DNA from: Pseudomonadota bacterium
Lineage (GTDB): Bacteria > Pseudomonadota > Gammaproteobacteria > Burkholderiales > JBFMAC01
Assembly (NCBI GenBank): GCA_040756015.1
Contig: JBFMAC010000012.1
Span: 15,377-79,376, forward strand
Direction: 5' to 3'
Length of the DNA stretch: 64,000 nt
The notes beneath the pieces were generated by a model, which made no database searches, was not told where the DNA came from, and saw only the letters and a list, made by a program, of their open reading frames with translations. Positions 1 to 9,308 of this stretch are shown piece by piece (within the stretch, counting starts at the first letter, position 1; every line of letters begins with the position of its first letter). A program made the translations under genes and the position numbers.

Positions 1-461
1 GCGCTGATCTCGACGTTGCGACCGCCTACATCGAGCGTATAGGTCAGTGCGCGACGGTCGGCGATAAAAGGGATTTGCGCCGGCTCAAATGCCGGCACCC
101 CCATGTTGACGGTGACTTCTCCGTCGGCTTCCAGCCTGGGCACAATCACGCCGGAGCGAGTTTCCACACGGATTTCGTTTTTCCCGGTGAGGTGCTTGTC
201 GTGCACGAAGCGCACGAAGCAGCGCGCACCGTTGCCGCACTGCGACACTTCACCACCGTCGGCATTGAAAATGCGGTAGTAGAAATCGGTATCGGGCGAG
301 CGCGCCGTTTCCACCACCAGGATCTGGTCGCAACCCACGCCGAAATGGCGGTCGGCGATGAAACGCATTTGCTCCGGCGTAAGCGCAAGCGGCTGCCGCG
401 TGGCGTCGATCACCACGAAATCGTTGCCGAGGCCGTGCATTTTGGTGAATTTCAGGTGCAT
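1..461 (-). CDS. dapF: diaminopimelate epimerase, 5' part (C-terminus beyond window start)
   Basis: Hand translation of the reverse strand from ATG 461..459 gives [51 protein letters not shown]..., the DapF N-terminus with the GLGNDF motif. The ORF runs off the window edge, so it is absent from the ORF track. Confidence 0.9.
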   Translation of the reverse strand, partial: MHLKFTKMHGLGNDFVVIDATRQPLALTPEQMRFIADRHFGVGCDQILVVETARSPDTDFYYRIFNADGGEVSQCGNGARCFVRFVHDKHLTGKNEIRVETRSGVIVPRLEADGEVTVNMGVPAFEPAQIPFIADRRALTYTLDVGGRNVEIS

Positions 462-529
462 GTCATCATCGCCGGGTAGGCGGGATTTTCTCACGGAACG
501 GGACGCGCGGATACTGCGAAAAACCTTCT

Positions 530-752
530 ACCGCAGAGGACGCGGAGGACACGGAGGGAAAACAAAGCTTGCTATCGAAATTTACAAAATTGCATGACAT
601 GAATCTGCACCCTCACCCCTACCCCGGTGGGTCTGCTAGCCATTCGCATAGACTGACACTGTTACGCGCATATATAACGACCAATACTTCTTAAGAAGCA
701 ATCTGGATTATAGTCCCTTGAATTTCTCTGCGCCCTCCGCGTCCTCTGTGGT
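530..752. repeat. imperfect inverted repeat pair (arms 530..548 and 734..752, 18/19 complementary) flanking a 185-bp lower-GC segment; MITE-like or REP-like
   Basis: The left arm is ACCGCAGAGGACGCGGAGG. The reverse complement of the right arm (CCTCCGCGTCCTCTGTGGT) is ACCACAGAGGACGCGGAGG. The left arm continues as a 9-bp tandem GAGGACGCG GAGGACACG GAGGG. Confidence 0.6.
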
Positions 753-765
753 TTAACTACAGCCC

Positions 766-1182
766 TCATTCATGCATCAACTGTGTGTAATCGATCTTGA
801 TGCAGCGGTCCATCACCACGGTGATGCCGGCCTGCTGCGCACGCAGCGCGGCGGGCTCGTTGACGATGCCCAATTGAATCCACAGACGCTTGATGCCAAG
901 CCGTATACACTCGTCGACGATGGCGTCAATGTGCTGCGGCGCGCGGAACACGCCCACCAGGTCGATCTTCACCGGCACCTCGCTCAAGGAAGCGTAGGCG
1001 CGCTCGCCCAGCACTTCGGCCACCAGCGGTCGCACCGGAATCACCTTGTAGCCGAACCGCTGCAAGGCGCGTGCCACCCGGTTGCTCGGCCGCGCCTCGT
1101 TGGGCGACAGCCCGACCACCGCGATGTTGTGGATTTCCTGCAGCAGCTTGCGCCGTTCTTCGTCGCTGGGATTCCGGAACAT
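766..1182 (-). CDS. CoA-binding domain protein (YccU/YneT-like)
   Basis: The 138-aa ORF contains IAVVGLSPNEARPSNRVARALQRFGYKVIPVRP...VGVFRAPQHIDAIVDECIRLGIKRLWIQLG, a typical single-domain CoA-binding fold pattern. Confidence 0.75.
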   Translation of the reverse strand: MFRNPSDEERRKLLQEIHNIAVVGLSPNEARPSNRVARALQRFGYKVIPVRPLVAEVLGERAYASLSEVPVKIDLVGVFRAPQHIDAIVDECIRLGIKRLWIQLGIVNEPAALRAQQAGITVVMDRCIKIDYTQLMHE

Positions 1183-1184
1183 GG

Positions 1185-1700
1185 TTATTCCCTCCTATCC
1201 CTTCCCACCTCGCGCGCCATGATGTAATCGTCCATCACGAAACCGTCGCCGATATCCCGCACCACTTCTTCGACCACCTCAAAGCCATGCTTGCGGTAAG
1301 CGGCGATGGCATTTTCGTTGTGCTTGTTCACCGCCAGCAGGAGCCGTGCGCAACCCGCATCCTGTGCGGCCATAACAGCATGCGCTATCAACTTGCCCCC
1401 ATAGCCTTTGCGCTGATGCCCAGGATGAATATATAGCTTATCCAGCTTCATTTCGCTGCCGTTGACGAAGCAATGGGCGAAACCGATCAGCACGCCGTCG
1501 AGCAGCAGCCTGTCCCAATGGTGGCCGATGCTGCCAATCTGCCGGCGCAGCAATTCCGGCGCATAGCGCTGCGTCAGCATGTAGTCGATTTGTGCCCGAC
1601 TGATGATGGCGGGGTAATGGAGATGCCAGATCACCCGGGCCAGCGCAGCGATGGTTTCGGCATCATCAGGTCTCGCGGGAACGATCACCGCTTCAATCAT
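1185..1700 (-). CDS. GNAT family N-acetyltransferase
   Basis: I chose the internal ATG at 1700 (MIEAVIVPARPDD...). The acetyl-CoA motif QRKGYGGKLIAHAV...NENAIAAYRKHGF is present. The upstream extension of track ORF 1185..1796 overlaps the preceding gene and looks non-coding. Confidence 0.75.
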   Translation of the reverse strand: MIEAVIVPARPDDAETIAALARVIWHLHYPAIISRAQIDYMLTQRYAPELLRRQIGSIGHHWDRLLLDGVLIGFAHCFVNGSEMKLDKLYIHPGHQRKGYGGKLIAHAVMAAQDAGCARLLLAVNKHNENAIAAYRKHGFEVVEEVVRDIGDGFVMDDYIMAREVGRDRRE

Positions 1701-2565
1701 AGAAGCGAGCTTCTCCCGGCGGCCTGTTTTTAAATCGTTTGTGCAGCCAGTAATACTGCTCCGGCATTTCCAGCACGCGCTGCTCGATGAACTCATTCAT
1801 GCGGCGCACGTCGGCTGCTTCATCATCAGTGGGGTAGGCTTCCCACGCCGGGTAGAATTTCAGCACGTAGCCAGCGCCACCGGGCAGCATGCGCGTCACA
1901 CACGGCAGCACCACGGCGCCAGTAATACGCGCCAGGCGCGGCACCCCGGCGATGGTCGCCGCCCTTACACCGAAGAACGGCACGAACAGGCTGTCGCGCG
2001 TGCCGAAATCCATGTCCGGGAGGTAATAGAACGGCGTACCCTGCCTGATCAGCCTGATTGCGGGACGCAAGCCATCCTGGCGCGACACCAGCGTCTGCTT
2101 GCCGAAACGGGTGCGTCCCTTGAGCAGTACCGCATCGAAAGCAGGATTTTTCTGGTGGCTGTACATGGAAGCGGCATCGTAAGAAATGGCCAGGCGCACC
2201 CCGCCCATGTCGAGCCCGACAAAATGCGGCGCCAGCCAGATCACCGGCTTGCCAGCGACGGCGCGCATATATTCCTCCCCCTCGAATTGCACCAGGCGCT
2301 CGATGCGCTGTTGCGGCGCCCACCATGCCAGTCCACGCTCGACGATGCTGCGCCCCACCGCGCGGAAGTGGCGCCTGAGCAGGGTTGCGCGTTCGGCTTC
2401 ACCCATCTGTGGGAAACACAGCTTCAGGTTGATGCGCGCCACGTTGCGGCGCTCTCTGCCAAGCAGGTAGAGCAGCATCCCGAACAGCTCGCCCACACGC
2501 GCCAGCAAGGGCAAAGGCAGGAAATGCAGCAGCCAGATCAACAAAAGTCCGATGCGCAGCATCAT
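1693..2565 (-). CDS. lipid A biosynthesis lauroyl/myristoyl acyltransferase (LpxL/HtrB family), downstream paralogue
   Basis: Reading from Met97 of track ORF 1693..2853 gives MMLRIGLLLIWLLHFLPLPLLARVG...LAPHFVGLDMGG...YYWLHKRFKNRP. The ATG at 2565..2563 overlaps the upstream paralogue's TGA (ATGA coupling). Confidence 0.8.
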   Translation of the reverse strand: MMLRIGLLLIWLLHFLPLPLLARVGELFGMLLYLLGRERRNVARINLKLCFPQMGEAERATLLRRHFRAVGRSIVERGLAWWAPQQRIERLVQFEGEEYMRAVAGKPVIWLAPHFVGLDMGGVRLAISYDAASMYSHQKNPAFDAVLLKGRTRFGKQTLVSRQDGLRPAIRLIRQGTPFYYLPDMDFGTRDSLFVPFFGVRAATIAGVPRLARITGAVVLPCVTRMLPGGAGYVLKFYPAWEAYPTDDEAADVRRMNEFIEQRVLEMPEQYYWLHKRFKNRPPGEARFYD

Positions 2566-3416
2566 GATGTGGAGCCGGGTTCGGGTAGCGTTGCCGGCGC
2601 CGCGCCCTTGGGCACCTTGTAGCGGTTGTAGCTCCACAGGTATTGCGGAGGGTTGATGCGCACCAGTTGTTCCACCGCCGCATTCACGGCGCGTGGGGTG
2701 GCTTCGCCGGAAAACGCTTGCAAGCGGATATGGTAGCCGCGCCCCCACTGCAATCGCTCGGCAAATGCCAGAATCACCGTCGCCCCGGTGGCCTGCTGCA
2801 AGCGCCCGGCCAACGTCATGGTGTAAGCGGGGCGGCCGAAGAAATCCGCCCACTCGCCTTCGCCCATGCCCGGCGCCTGGTCCGGCAGCAGGCCGACCGC
2901 TTCGCCGCGCTTCAATGCCTTGAGCAGCAAGCGCACGCCGCGTAAATCGGTGGGAGCCAGCGTCATGCCACTACGGCCGGTGGCCATCAGCGGCTCCAGC
3001 CAGCGCAGCTTGGGCGGTCGGTAAAGCACGGTGATGGGCATGCGCTGCGCGGCGAACAGCGCGGAGACCTCGAAGCAACCCAGGTGCGGAGTGAGGAAGA
3101 TGATGCCATGGCCGGCCTGCTGGGCTTCTTCGACGAGGTACAGGTTATCGCAACCGCGCACCAGCCTGGCCGCGTCACGGCGAAACCATACCGGGATGAG
3201 TTCCAGCGCCCCCTTGCCGACCTCGCCCACGGCGCGGCGCAACATCGCGCGATATTCGGCTTCGTCGCGAAACAAGCCGCTTTGCCGCAGATTCTCGCGC
3301 AGGCGCGCAGCGTAGCGCGGGGAGGCAAGATACCCCCCCCAGCCCAGCAACGCTCCCGTGCCATGGAACAGGGCCAGCGGCAGCAGGGCCAGCATGCGCA
3401 GCAACACCGTCAACAC
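2562..3416 (-). CDS. lipid A biosynthesis acyltransferase (LpxL/HtrB family), upstream paralogue
   Basis: The 284-aa ORF contains GIIFLTPHLGCFE (HX4D/E-like acyltransferase region) and ends ...PPQYLWSYNRYK. It is divergent from metK. Confidence 0.8.
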   Translation of the reverse strand: MLTVLLRMLALLPLALFHGTGALLGWGGYLASPRYAARLRENLRQSGLFRDEAEYRAMLRRAVGEVGKGALELIPVWFRRDAARLVRGCDNLYLVEEAQQAGHGIIFLTPHLGCFEVSALFAAQRMPITVLYRPPKLRWLEPLMATGRSGMTLAPTDLRGVRLLLKALKRGEAVGLLPDQAPGMGEGEWADFFGRPAYTMTLAGRLQQATGATVILAFAERLQWGRGYHIRLQAFSGEATPRAVNAAVEQLVRINPPQYLWSYNRYKVPKGAAPATLPEPGSTS

Positions 3417-3506
3417 GGGCTCTTTCTATACATGGGGTTATTTGCTATTCTAGCCGGCCTTTTTGACCAAATTCGCGGCGTATTTATTGTTGCGCCCTAT
3501 TGAGCG

Positions 3507-4670
3507 ATGAACGAATACTTGTTTACTTCCGAATCCGTTTCCGAAGGCCATCCCGACAAAGTCGCCGACCAGATTTCCGACGCCATCCTCGACGCCATCT
3601 TAACCCAGGACACCCACGCGCGGGTAGCCGCAGAGACCCTGTGCAACACCGGTCTGGTGGTGCTGGCCGGCGAGATCACCACTTCCGCCAACGTCGATTA
3701 CATCCACGTCGCGCGTGATGCCATCAAGCGCATCGGCTACGATAACACCGAGTACGGCATCGACTACAAAGGCTGCGCGGTGCTGGTCGCTTACGACAAG
3801 CAGAGCCCCGACATCGCCCAGGGAGTGAACAAGGCTTACGACGACAACCTCGACCAGGGCGCCGGCGACCAGGGCCTGATGTTCGGCTACGCCTGCGATG
3901 AAACGCCCACCCTGATGCCGCTGCCGATTTACCTTTCACACCGCCTGGTCGAACGCCAGTCCATGCTGCGCAAGGACGGCCGCCTGCCGTGGCTGCGCCC
4001 GGACGCCAAATCGCAGGCCACCGTACGCTACCAGGACGGCAAACCCTACGCCATCGACACCGTGGTGCTGTCCACCCAGCATGCGCCCGACATTCCGCTG
4101 GAAAAGCTGCGCGAAGCAGTGATCGAAGAAATCATCAAGCCGGTGCTGCCCAAGGAACTCATCAAGGGTCAGATCAAATACCTGGTCAATCCGACCGGGC
4201 GTTTTGTGGTCGGCGGCCCGCAGGGCGACTGCGGCCTCACCGGGCGCAAGATCATCGTCGACACCTACGGTGGCGCGGCTCCGCACGGCGGCGGCGCCTT
4301 CTCCGGCAAGGACCCTTCCAAAGTGGACCGTTCGGCAGCCTATGCTGGGCGCTATGTGGCGAAGAACATCGTCGCTGCCGGGCTGGCGAACAAATGCCTG
4401 ATCCAGATCTCCTACGCCATCGGTGTGTCGCAGCCGACCAGCGTGTGGGTCACCACCTACGGCACCGGCAAGGTCTCCGACGAAAAGATCGCCGAGCTGG
4501 TGCGCACGCACTTCGACCTGCGCCCCAAGGGCATCGTCAACATGCTCAACCTGCTGCGCCCGATCTACCAGAAAACCGCCGCCTACGGCCACTTCGGCCG
4601 CGACGAACCGGAGTTTACTTGGGAAGCAACCGATAAGGCGTCTGCGCTCCGAGCAGACGCGGGCCTATAA
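3507..4670 (+). CDS. metK: S-adenosylmethionine synthetase
   Basis: The 387-aa ORF contains [36 protein letters not shown] and [19 protein letters not shown], the MetK signature blocks. Confidence 0.97.
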   Translation: MNEYLFTSESVSEGHPDKVADQISDAILDAILTQDTHARVAAETLCNTGLVVLAGEITTSANVDYIHVARDAIKRIGYDNTEYGIDYKGCAVLVAYDKQSPDIAQGVNKAYDDNLDQGAGDQGLMFGYACDETPTLMPLPIYLSHRLVERQSMLRKDGRLPWLRPDAKSQATVRYQDGKPYAIDTVVLSTQHAPDIPLEKLREAVIEEIIKPVLPKELIKGQIKYLVNPTGRFVVGGPQGDCGLTGRKIIVDTYGGAAPHGGGAFSGKDPSKVDRSAAYAGRYVAKNIVAAGLANKCLIQISYAIGVSQPTSVWVTTYGTGKVSDEKIAELVRTHFDLRPKGIVNMLNLLRPIYQKTAAYGHFGRDEPEFTWEATDKASALRADAGL

Positions 4671-4930
4671 GCCCCGCGCAAAGCGCGCTTAACGGTTGCT
4701 TCAGTGCAGACTAACTTGTCGTAGACAAGTTAAGCGAGCAAGTGCGAGGCCGTAGCTAAAACACGGAAAAGCATCGGCTCTCAAAGCCGATGCCGGCTTA
4801 TAATTACAAACCGTCCCGCAGGGCTTTACCCTTGTTTCGGCGCAGACCAACCTTGCGCCGTAGGTGCAAGGTTATGTCGAAGCCAAAATACGGTTAAGGA
4901 TTGCGTGAACATGGTCGTTATTATCTTGCC

Positions 4931-6160
4931 ATGCTCAAGCGCATCCCGTCAAAACAACTCCGCGTCGGCATGTTTCTCCATGAACTGTGCGGTTCGTGGA
5001 TGGAGCATCCCTTCTGGCGCAGCACCTTCCTCATCAAGGATCCGCAGGACATTCGGCGCATCATCGACGCCGGCATCGGCGAAGTCTGGATAGACACCGG
5101 CAAGGGCCTGGATGTGGCCAGCGGCGCCACACCGGAAACCGCTGAAAAACAGATCGAACAAGCGCTGGCAGAAACCGCTGCCGCACCGCCACTGGGGTCC
5201 AAGGTCAGCATGGCAGAAGAAGCGGCGCGTGCCGCCAAAACTTGCGCCCAGGCCAAGCAGGCCGTTTCTTCCATGTTCCAGGAAGCGCGCATGGGCAAGG
5301 CCGTCAGCGCCGAGGCCGCGCTGCCGGTGGTGGAAGAAATTTCCTCTTCTGTGATGCGCAACCCCGGCGCTATCATCAGCCTGGCGCGCCTCAAGAACAA
5401 GGACGATTACACCTACATGCATTCGGTGGCGGTGTGCGCGCTGATGGTGGCGCTGGCCAAGCAGCTCAACCTGAATGAGGAAGAAACCCGCCAGGCCGGC
5501 CTGGCCGGCCTGCTGCACGACATCGGCAAGATGGCGATCCCGCTCGCCGTGCTCAACAAGCCGGGCAAGCTGACCGATGCGGAATTCGATCTGATGAAAA
5601 GTCATCCGGTGGAAGGACACAAGATGCTGCTGGAAGGCAGCGGCATTGGCGCGATCCCACTCGACGTCTGCCTGCACCACCACGAAAAAACCGACGGCAG
5701 CGGCTATCCGGACAAACTTCCCGCCCAGCAGATCACCCTGCATGCAAAGATGGGCGCGGTATGCGATGTGTACGATGCCATCACCTCCAACCGCCCCTAC
5801 AAGAACGGCTGGGAACCTACCGAATCGCTGCGCAAGATGACCGAGTGGTGTGAGGGCCATTTCGACAAGATCATTTTTCAATCTTTCATCCGTAGCATCG
5901 GCATCTACCCGGTCGGCTCGTTGGTGCGACTGGAATCCGGCAAGCTCGGCGTGGTGGTGGACCAGACCGAAAAATCGCTGATCGCACCGATAGTGAAAGT
6001 CTTTTTCTCGATCAAGTCCAACGCGTACATCAAGCCGGAACTGATCAATCTCGCCAAAGCGGGCAACCACGATAAGATCATGTCGCACGAAGACCCCGCC
6101 AAGTGGAAAATCCAGAACATCCATGAAATATGGAGCGGCATCGCCGGGGAGTTCTGGTAA
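4931..6160 (+). CDS. HD-GYP domain c-di-GMP phosphodiesterase-like protein
   Basis: The first in-frame ATG of track ORF 4901..6160 is at 4931. The ORF contains LLHDIGK and HHHEKTDGSGYP (HD...GYP) motifs. Confidence 0.85.
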   Translation: MLKRIPSKQLRVGMFLHELCGSWMEHPFWRSTFLIKDPQDIRRIIDAGIGEVWIDTGKGLDVASGATPETAEKQIEQALAETAAAPPLGSKVSMAEEAARAAKTCAQAKQAVSSMFQEARMGKAVSAEAALPVVEEISSSVMRNPGAIISLARLKNKDDYTYMHSVAVCALMVALAKQLNLNEEETRQAGLAGLLHDIGKMAIPLAVLNKPGKLTDAEFDLMKSHPVEGHKMLLEGSGIGAIPLDVCLHHHEKTDGSGYPDKLPAQQITLHAKMGAVCDVYDAITSNRPYKNGWEPTESLRKMTEWCEGHFDKIIFQSFIRSIGIYPVGSLVRLESGKLGVVVDQTEKSLIAPIVKVFFSIKSNAYIKPELINLAKAGNHDKIMSHEDPAKWKIQNIHEIWSGIAGEFW

Positions 6161-6216
6161 TCCCCTCGCCCGGTTCCGGGCATGCGAAAAGCCTGGTTTT
6201 CGGCTAAAATCCGCCT

Positions 6217-6300
6217 TTCCGAGGGGCGCTGCAGCGGTCCAACATGGTCACAGGACTCGTCAGGCTCGGAACTCAAAGATTCAGCAGCAACGGCGCCCAT
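6217..6300 (+). promoter_or_regulatory. SAH riboswitch (S-adenosylhomocysteine-sensing leader of ahcY)
   Basis: The sequence is CCGAGGGGCGCUGCAGC...GUCAGGCUCGGAAC...GCAACGGCGCCCAUUC. It matches the remembered SAH element core (CCGAGGAGCGCUGC...GUCAGGCUCGG...AACGGCGCUC). There is a compensatory A>G / U>C pair in the pseudoknot. It sits about 25 nt upstream of ahcY. Confidence 0.85.
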
Positions 6301-6324
6301 TCATTAATTTGAATGGAGAGCGCC

Positions 6325-7737
<1,413 letters not shown>

Positions 7738-7749
7738 GTCGAAGCGCGC

Positions 7750-8127
7750 ATGGCCGCCGCCCGCAACGAATTTGCCGATTATGTGGTGGAGATGATGGCG
7801 GCGTGGGCGCCGGTATCGGCACGCAGGATGTTCGGTGGCCATGGCTTGTATCGTGAGGACTTGATGTTTGCACTGATTGCCGACGAGCGGCTTTATTTCA
7901 AGGCCGACGCCGGCAGCATCCCAAGGTTCGAGCAAGCTGGCAGCCAGCCGTTCACCTATCGCAGCGCCACCCGCACCGTCACCATGTCGTATTGGTCGGC
8001 ACCGGAAAGCTGTCTGGAGTCGCCGGATGAAATGCGCGACTGGTGCCGGCTGGCGTACAACGCGGCACTGTCCGGAAAACGGGACAAGAAGGCTGCGGAC
8101 AAGCCCGCCAAGAAGAGGACAACTTGA
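7750..8127 (+). CDS. TfoX/Sxy N-terminal-domain family protein with Lys-rich tail
   Basis: The 125-aa ORF contains VSARRMFGGHGLYREDLMFALIADERLYFKAD, the TfoX_N pattern. It lies 12 nt after ahcY. Confidence 0.7.
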   Translation: MAAARNEFADYVVEMMAAWAPVSARRMFGGHGLYREDLMFALIADERLYFKADAGSIPRFEQAGSQPFTYRSATRTVTMSYWSAPESCLESPDEMRDWCRLAYNAALSGKRDKKAADKPAKKRTT

Positions 8128-8486
8128 TTATCTGCTGCTGCTTTGGGCGCTCAATGCGCTGGCGCTGCTCACCGTGGCCAACTTCGTGCCCGGCATCCAC
8201 GTCGACATTTGCCTCGGTGCCGATCGCGGCGCTTTTCCTGGGACTGGTCAATGCACTGATGCGCCCAGTGCTGATCCTGTTGACGCTGCCGGTGACGATC
8301 CTGACGCTGGGGTTGTTCATTTTCGTGATCAATGGCCTGTTGTTCTGGTTCGTCGGCTCGGTGCCCAAGGACTTCGTGGTGGACAGTTTCTGGTATGGCC
8401 TGCTCGGCGCATCGCTGTACAGCGTCATTTCCTGGAGATTGTCGTCGGCAGCGGCGCAACTGATGAGAAGAAAGCATGAACAATAA
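8124..8486 (+). CDS. DUF360 / phage-holin-4-2 family membrane protein with an apparent internal frame discontinuity near 8207
   Basis: The frame of track ORF 8043..8486 gives ...FASVPIAALFLGLVNALMRPVLILLTLPVTILTLGLFIFVINGLLFWFVG..., the DUF360 core. The family-like first helix DYLLLLWALNALALLTVANFVPGIHVD (8126..8206) is in another frame. The TTG at 8124 overlaps the preceding stop (TTGA). Confidence 0.6.
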   Translation: MIICCCFGRSMRWRCSPWPTSCPASTSTFASVPIAALFLGLVNALMRPVLILLTLPVTILTLGLFIFVINGLLFWFVGSVPKDFVVDSFWYGLLGASLYSVISWRLSSAAAQLMRRKHEQ

Positions 8487-9306
8487 AACTTTCAGCTTTG
8501 AATTTTTCCCGCCGCAAACGCCGGAGGGAGTGGAAAAGTTACGTGCCACGCGCAAGCAGCTGGCACAGTTCAGGCCAGCGTTCTTTTCGGTGACCTTCGG
8601 CGCCGGCGGCTCCACGCGCGACCGCACCCTCGAGACGGTCCTGGAAATCCAGCGGGAAGGGCATCAGGCGGCGCCGCACATATCTTGCATCGGCTCGACT
8701 CGCGAGAACATCCGCGCTCTGCTCGACGCTTATCGAGCGCAGGGTATCCGCCGCCTGGTGGCGCTCAGAGGCGACCTGCCCTCCGGCATGGCCGATGTCG
8801 GCGAGTTCCGCTACGCCAACGAGCTGGTGGCGTTCATCCGCGCCGAAACCGGCAACCACTTCCACATCGAAGTCGCTGCTTACCCGGAATTCCACCCGCA
8901 GGCACGCTCGGCGCAGGACGATCTGCTCAACTTCAAGCGCAAGATGGAAGCCGGCGCCAACTCGGCGATCACCCAGTATTTCTACAACGCCGATGCCTAT
9001 TTCCGCTTCGTCGAGACGACACGCGCGCTCGGCGTGACCGCGCCCATCGTGCCGGGCATCATGCCGATCAACAAGTTCACCCAGCTCGCGCGCTTTTCCG
9101 ATGCCTGCGGCGCGGAAATCCCGCGTTGGATGCGGAAAAAACTCGAGGGCTACGGCAACGACAGCATTGCGATTCATGCTTTCGGTCTGGACGTGGTCAC
9201 CGAGCTGTGCCAGCGTCTGCTCGCCAACGGCGCGCCAGGGCTGCATTTCTACACGCTCAACCAGGCCGGGCTGGTCACCCAGATCTGGCAGCGGCTAGGC
9301 TTATAA
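8476..9306 (+). CDS. metF: 5,10-methylenetetrahydrofolate reductase
   Basis: The 276-aa ORF contains FSFEFFPPQTPEG, VTFGAGGSTR and ITQYFYNADAYFRF. It overlaps the preceding gene by 11 nt. Confidence 0.95.
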   Translation: MNNKTFSFEFFPPQTPEGVEKLRATRKQLAQFRPAFFSVTFGAGGSTRDRTLETVLEIQREGHQAAPHISCIGSTRENIRALLDAYRAQGIRRLVALRGDLPSGMADVGEFRYANELVAFIRAETGNHFHIEVAAYPEFHPQARSAQDDLLNFKRKMEAGANSAITQYFYNADAYFRFVETTRALGVTAPIVPGIMPINKFTQLARFSDACGAEIPRWMRKKLEGYGNDSIAIHAFGLDVVTELCQRLLANGAPGLHFYTLNQAGLVTQIWQRLGL

Positions 9307-9308
9307 GC

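Noticed and set aside
1651-2622. A 323-aa plus-strand ORF across the lpxL paralogues. Similar shadow ORFs occur at 4949..6124 (-), 12279..13175 (+), 19149..20249 (+), 40081..41130 (+), 41167..42123 (+), 47483..48493 (+), 49987..50892 (-), 52507..53388 (+) and 56072..57139 (+).
   Set aside because: Each lies opposite or out of frame to a confidently identified gene and has Arg/His/Pro-rich translations without motifs.
3417-3506. A possible SAM riboswitch upstream of metK.
   Set aside because: The 90-bp divergent spacer is too short, and I see no SAM-II-like pseudoknot motifs. It is more likely to hold just two back-to-back promoters.
4740-4900. A possible c-di-GMP (GEMM) riboswitch or a tRNA in the leader of the HD-GYP gene.
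   Set aside because: A CAAAGCC string is present. However, I could not find the paired GNRA-tetraloop/receptor hairpins or the ACGCA core of GEMM-I. There is no cloverleaf or T-loop (GTTCGAAT-like) for a tRNA. Only an Infernal scan could settle it.
8685-9308. A 208-codon N-terminal extension of the yegQ ORF. Analogous 5' extensions occur on argS (32133), parB (52564), mnmG (56010), mnmE (57405), glmU (41931), the protease (43533), rsmG (54229) and btuB (14234).
   Set aside because: The extensions overlap the preceding genes, start at weak alternative codons and translate to Arg/Pro-rich junk. Family-typical N-termini with Shine-Dalgarno sequences occur at the internal starts I used.
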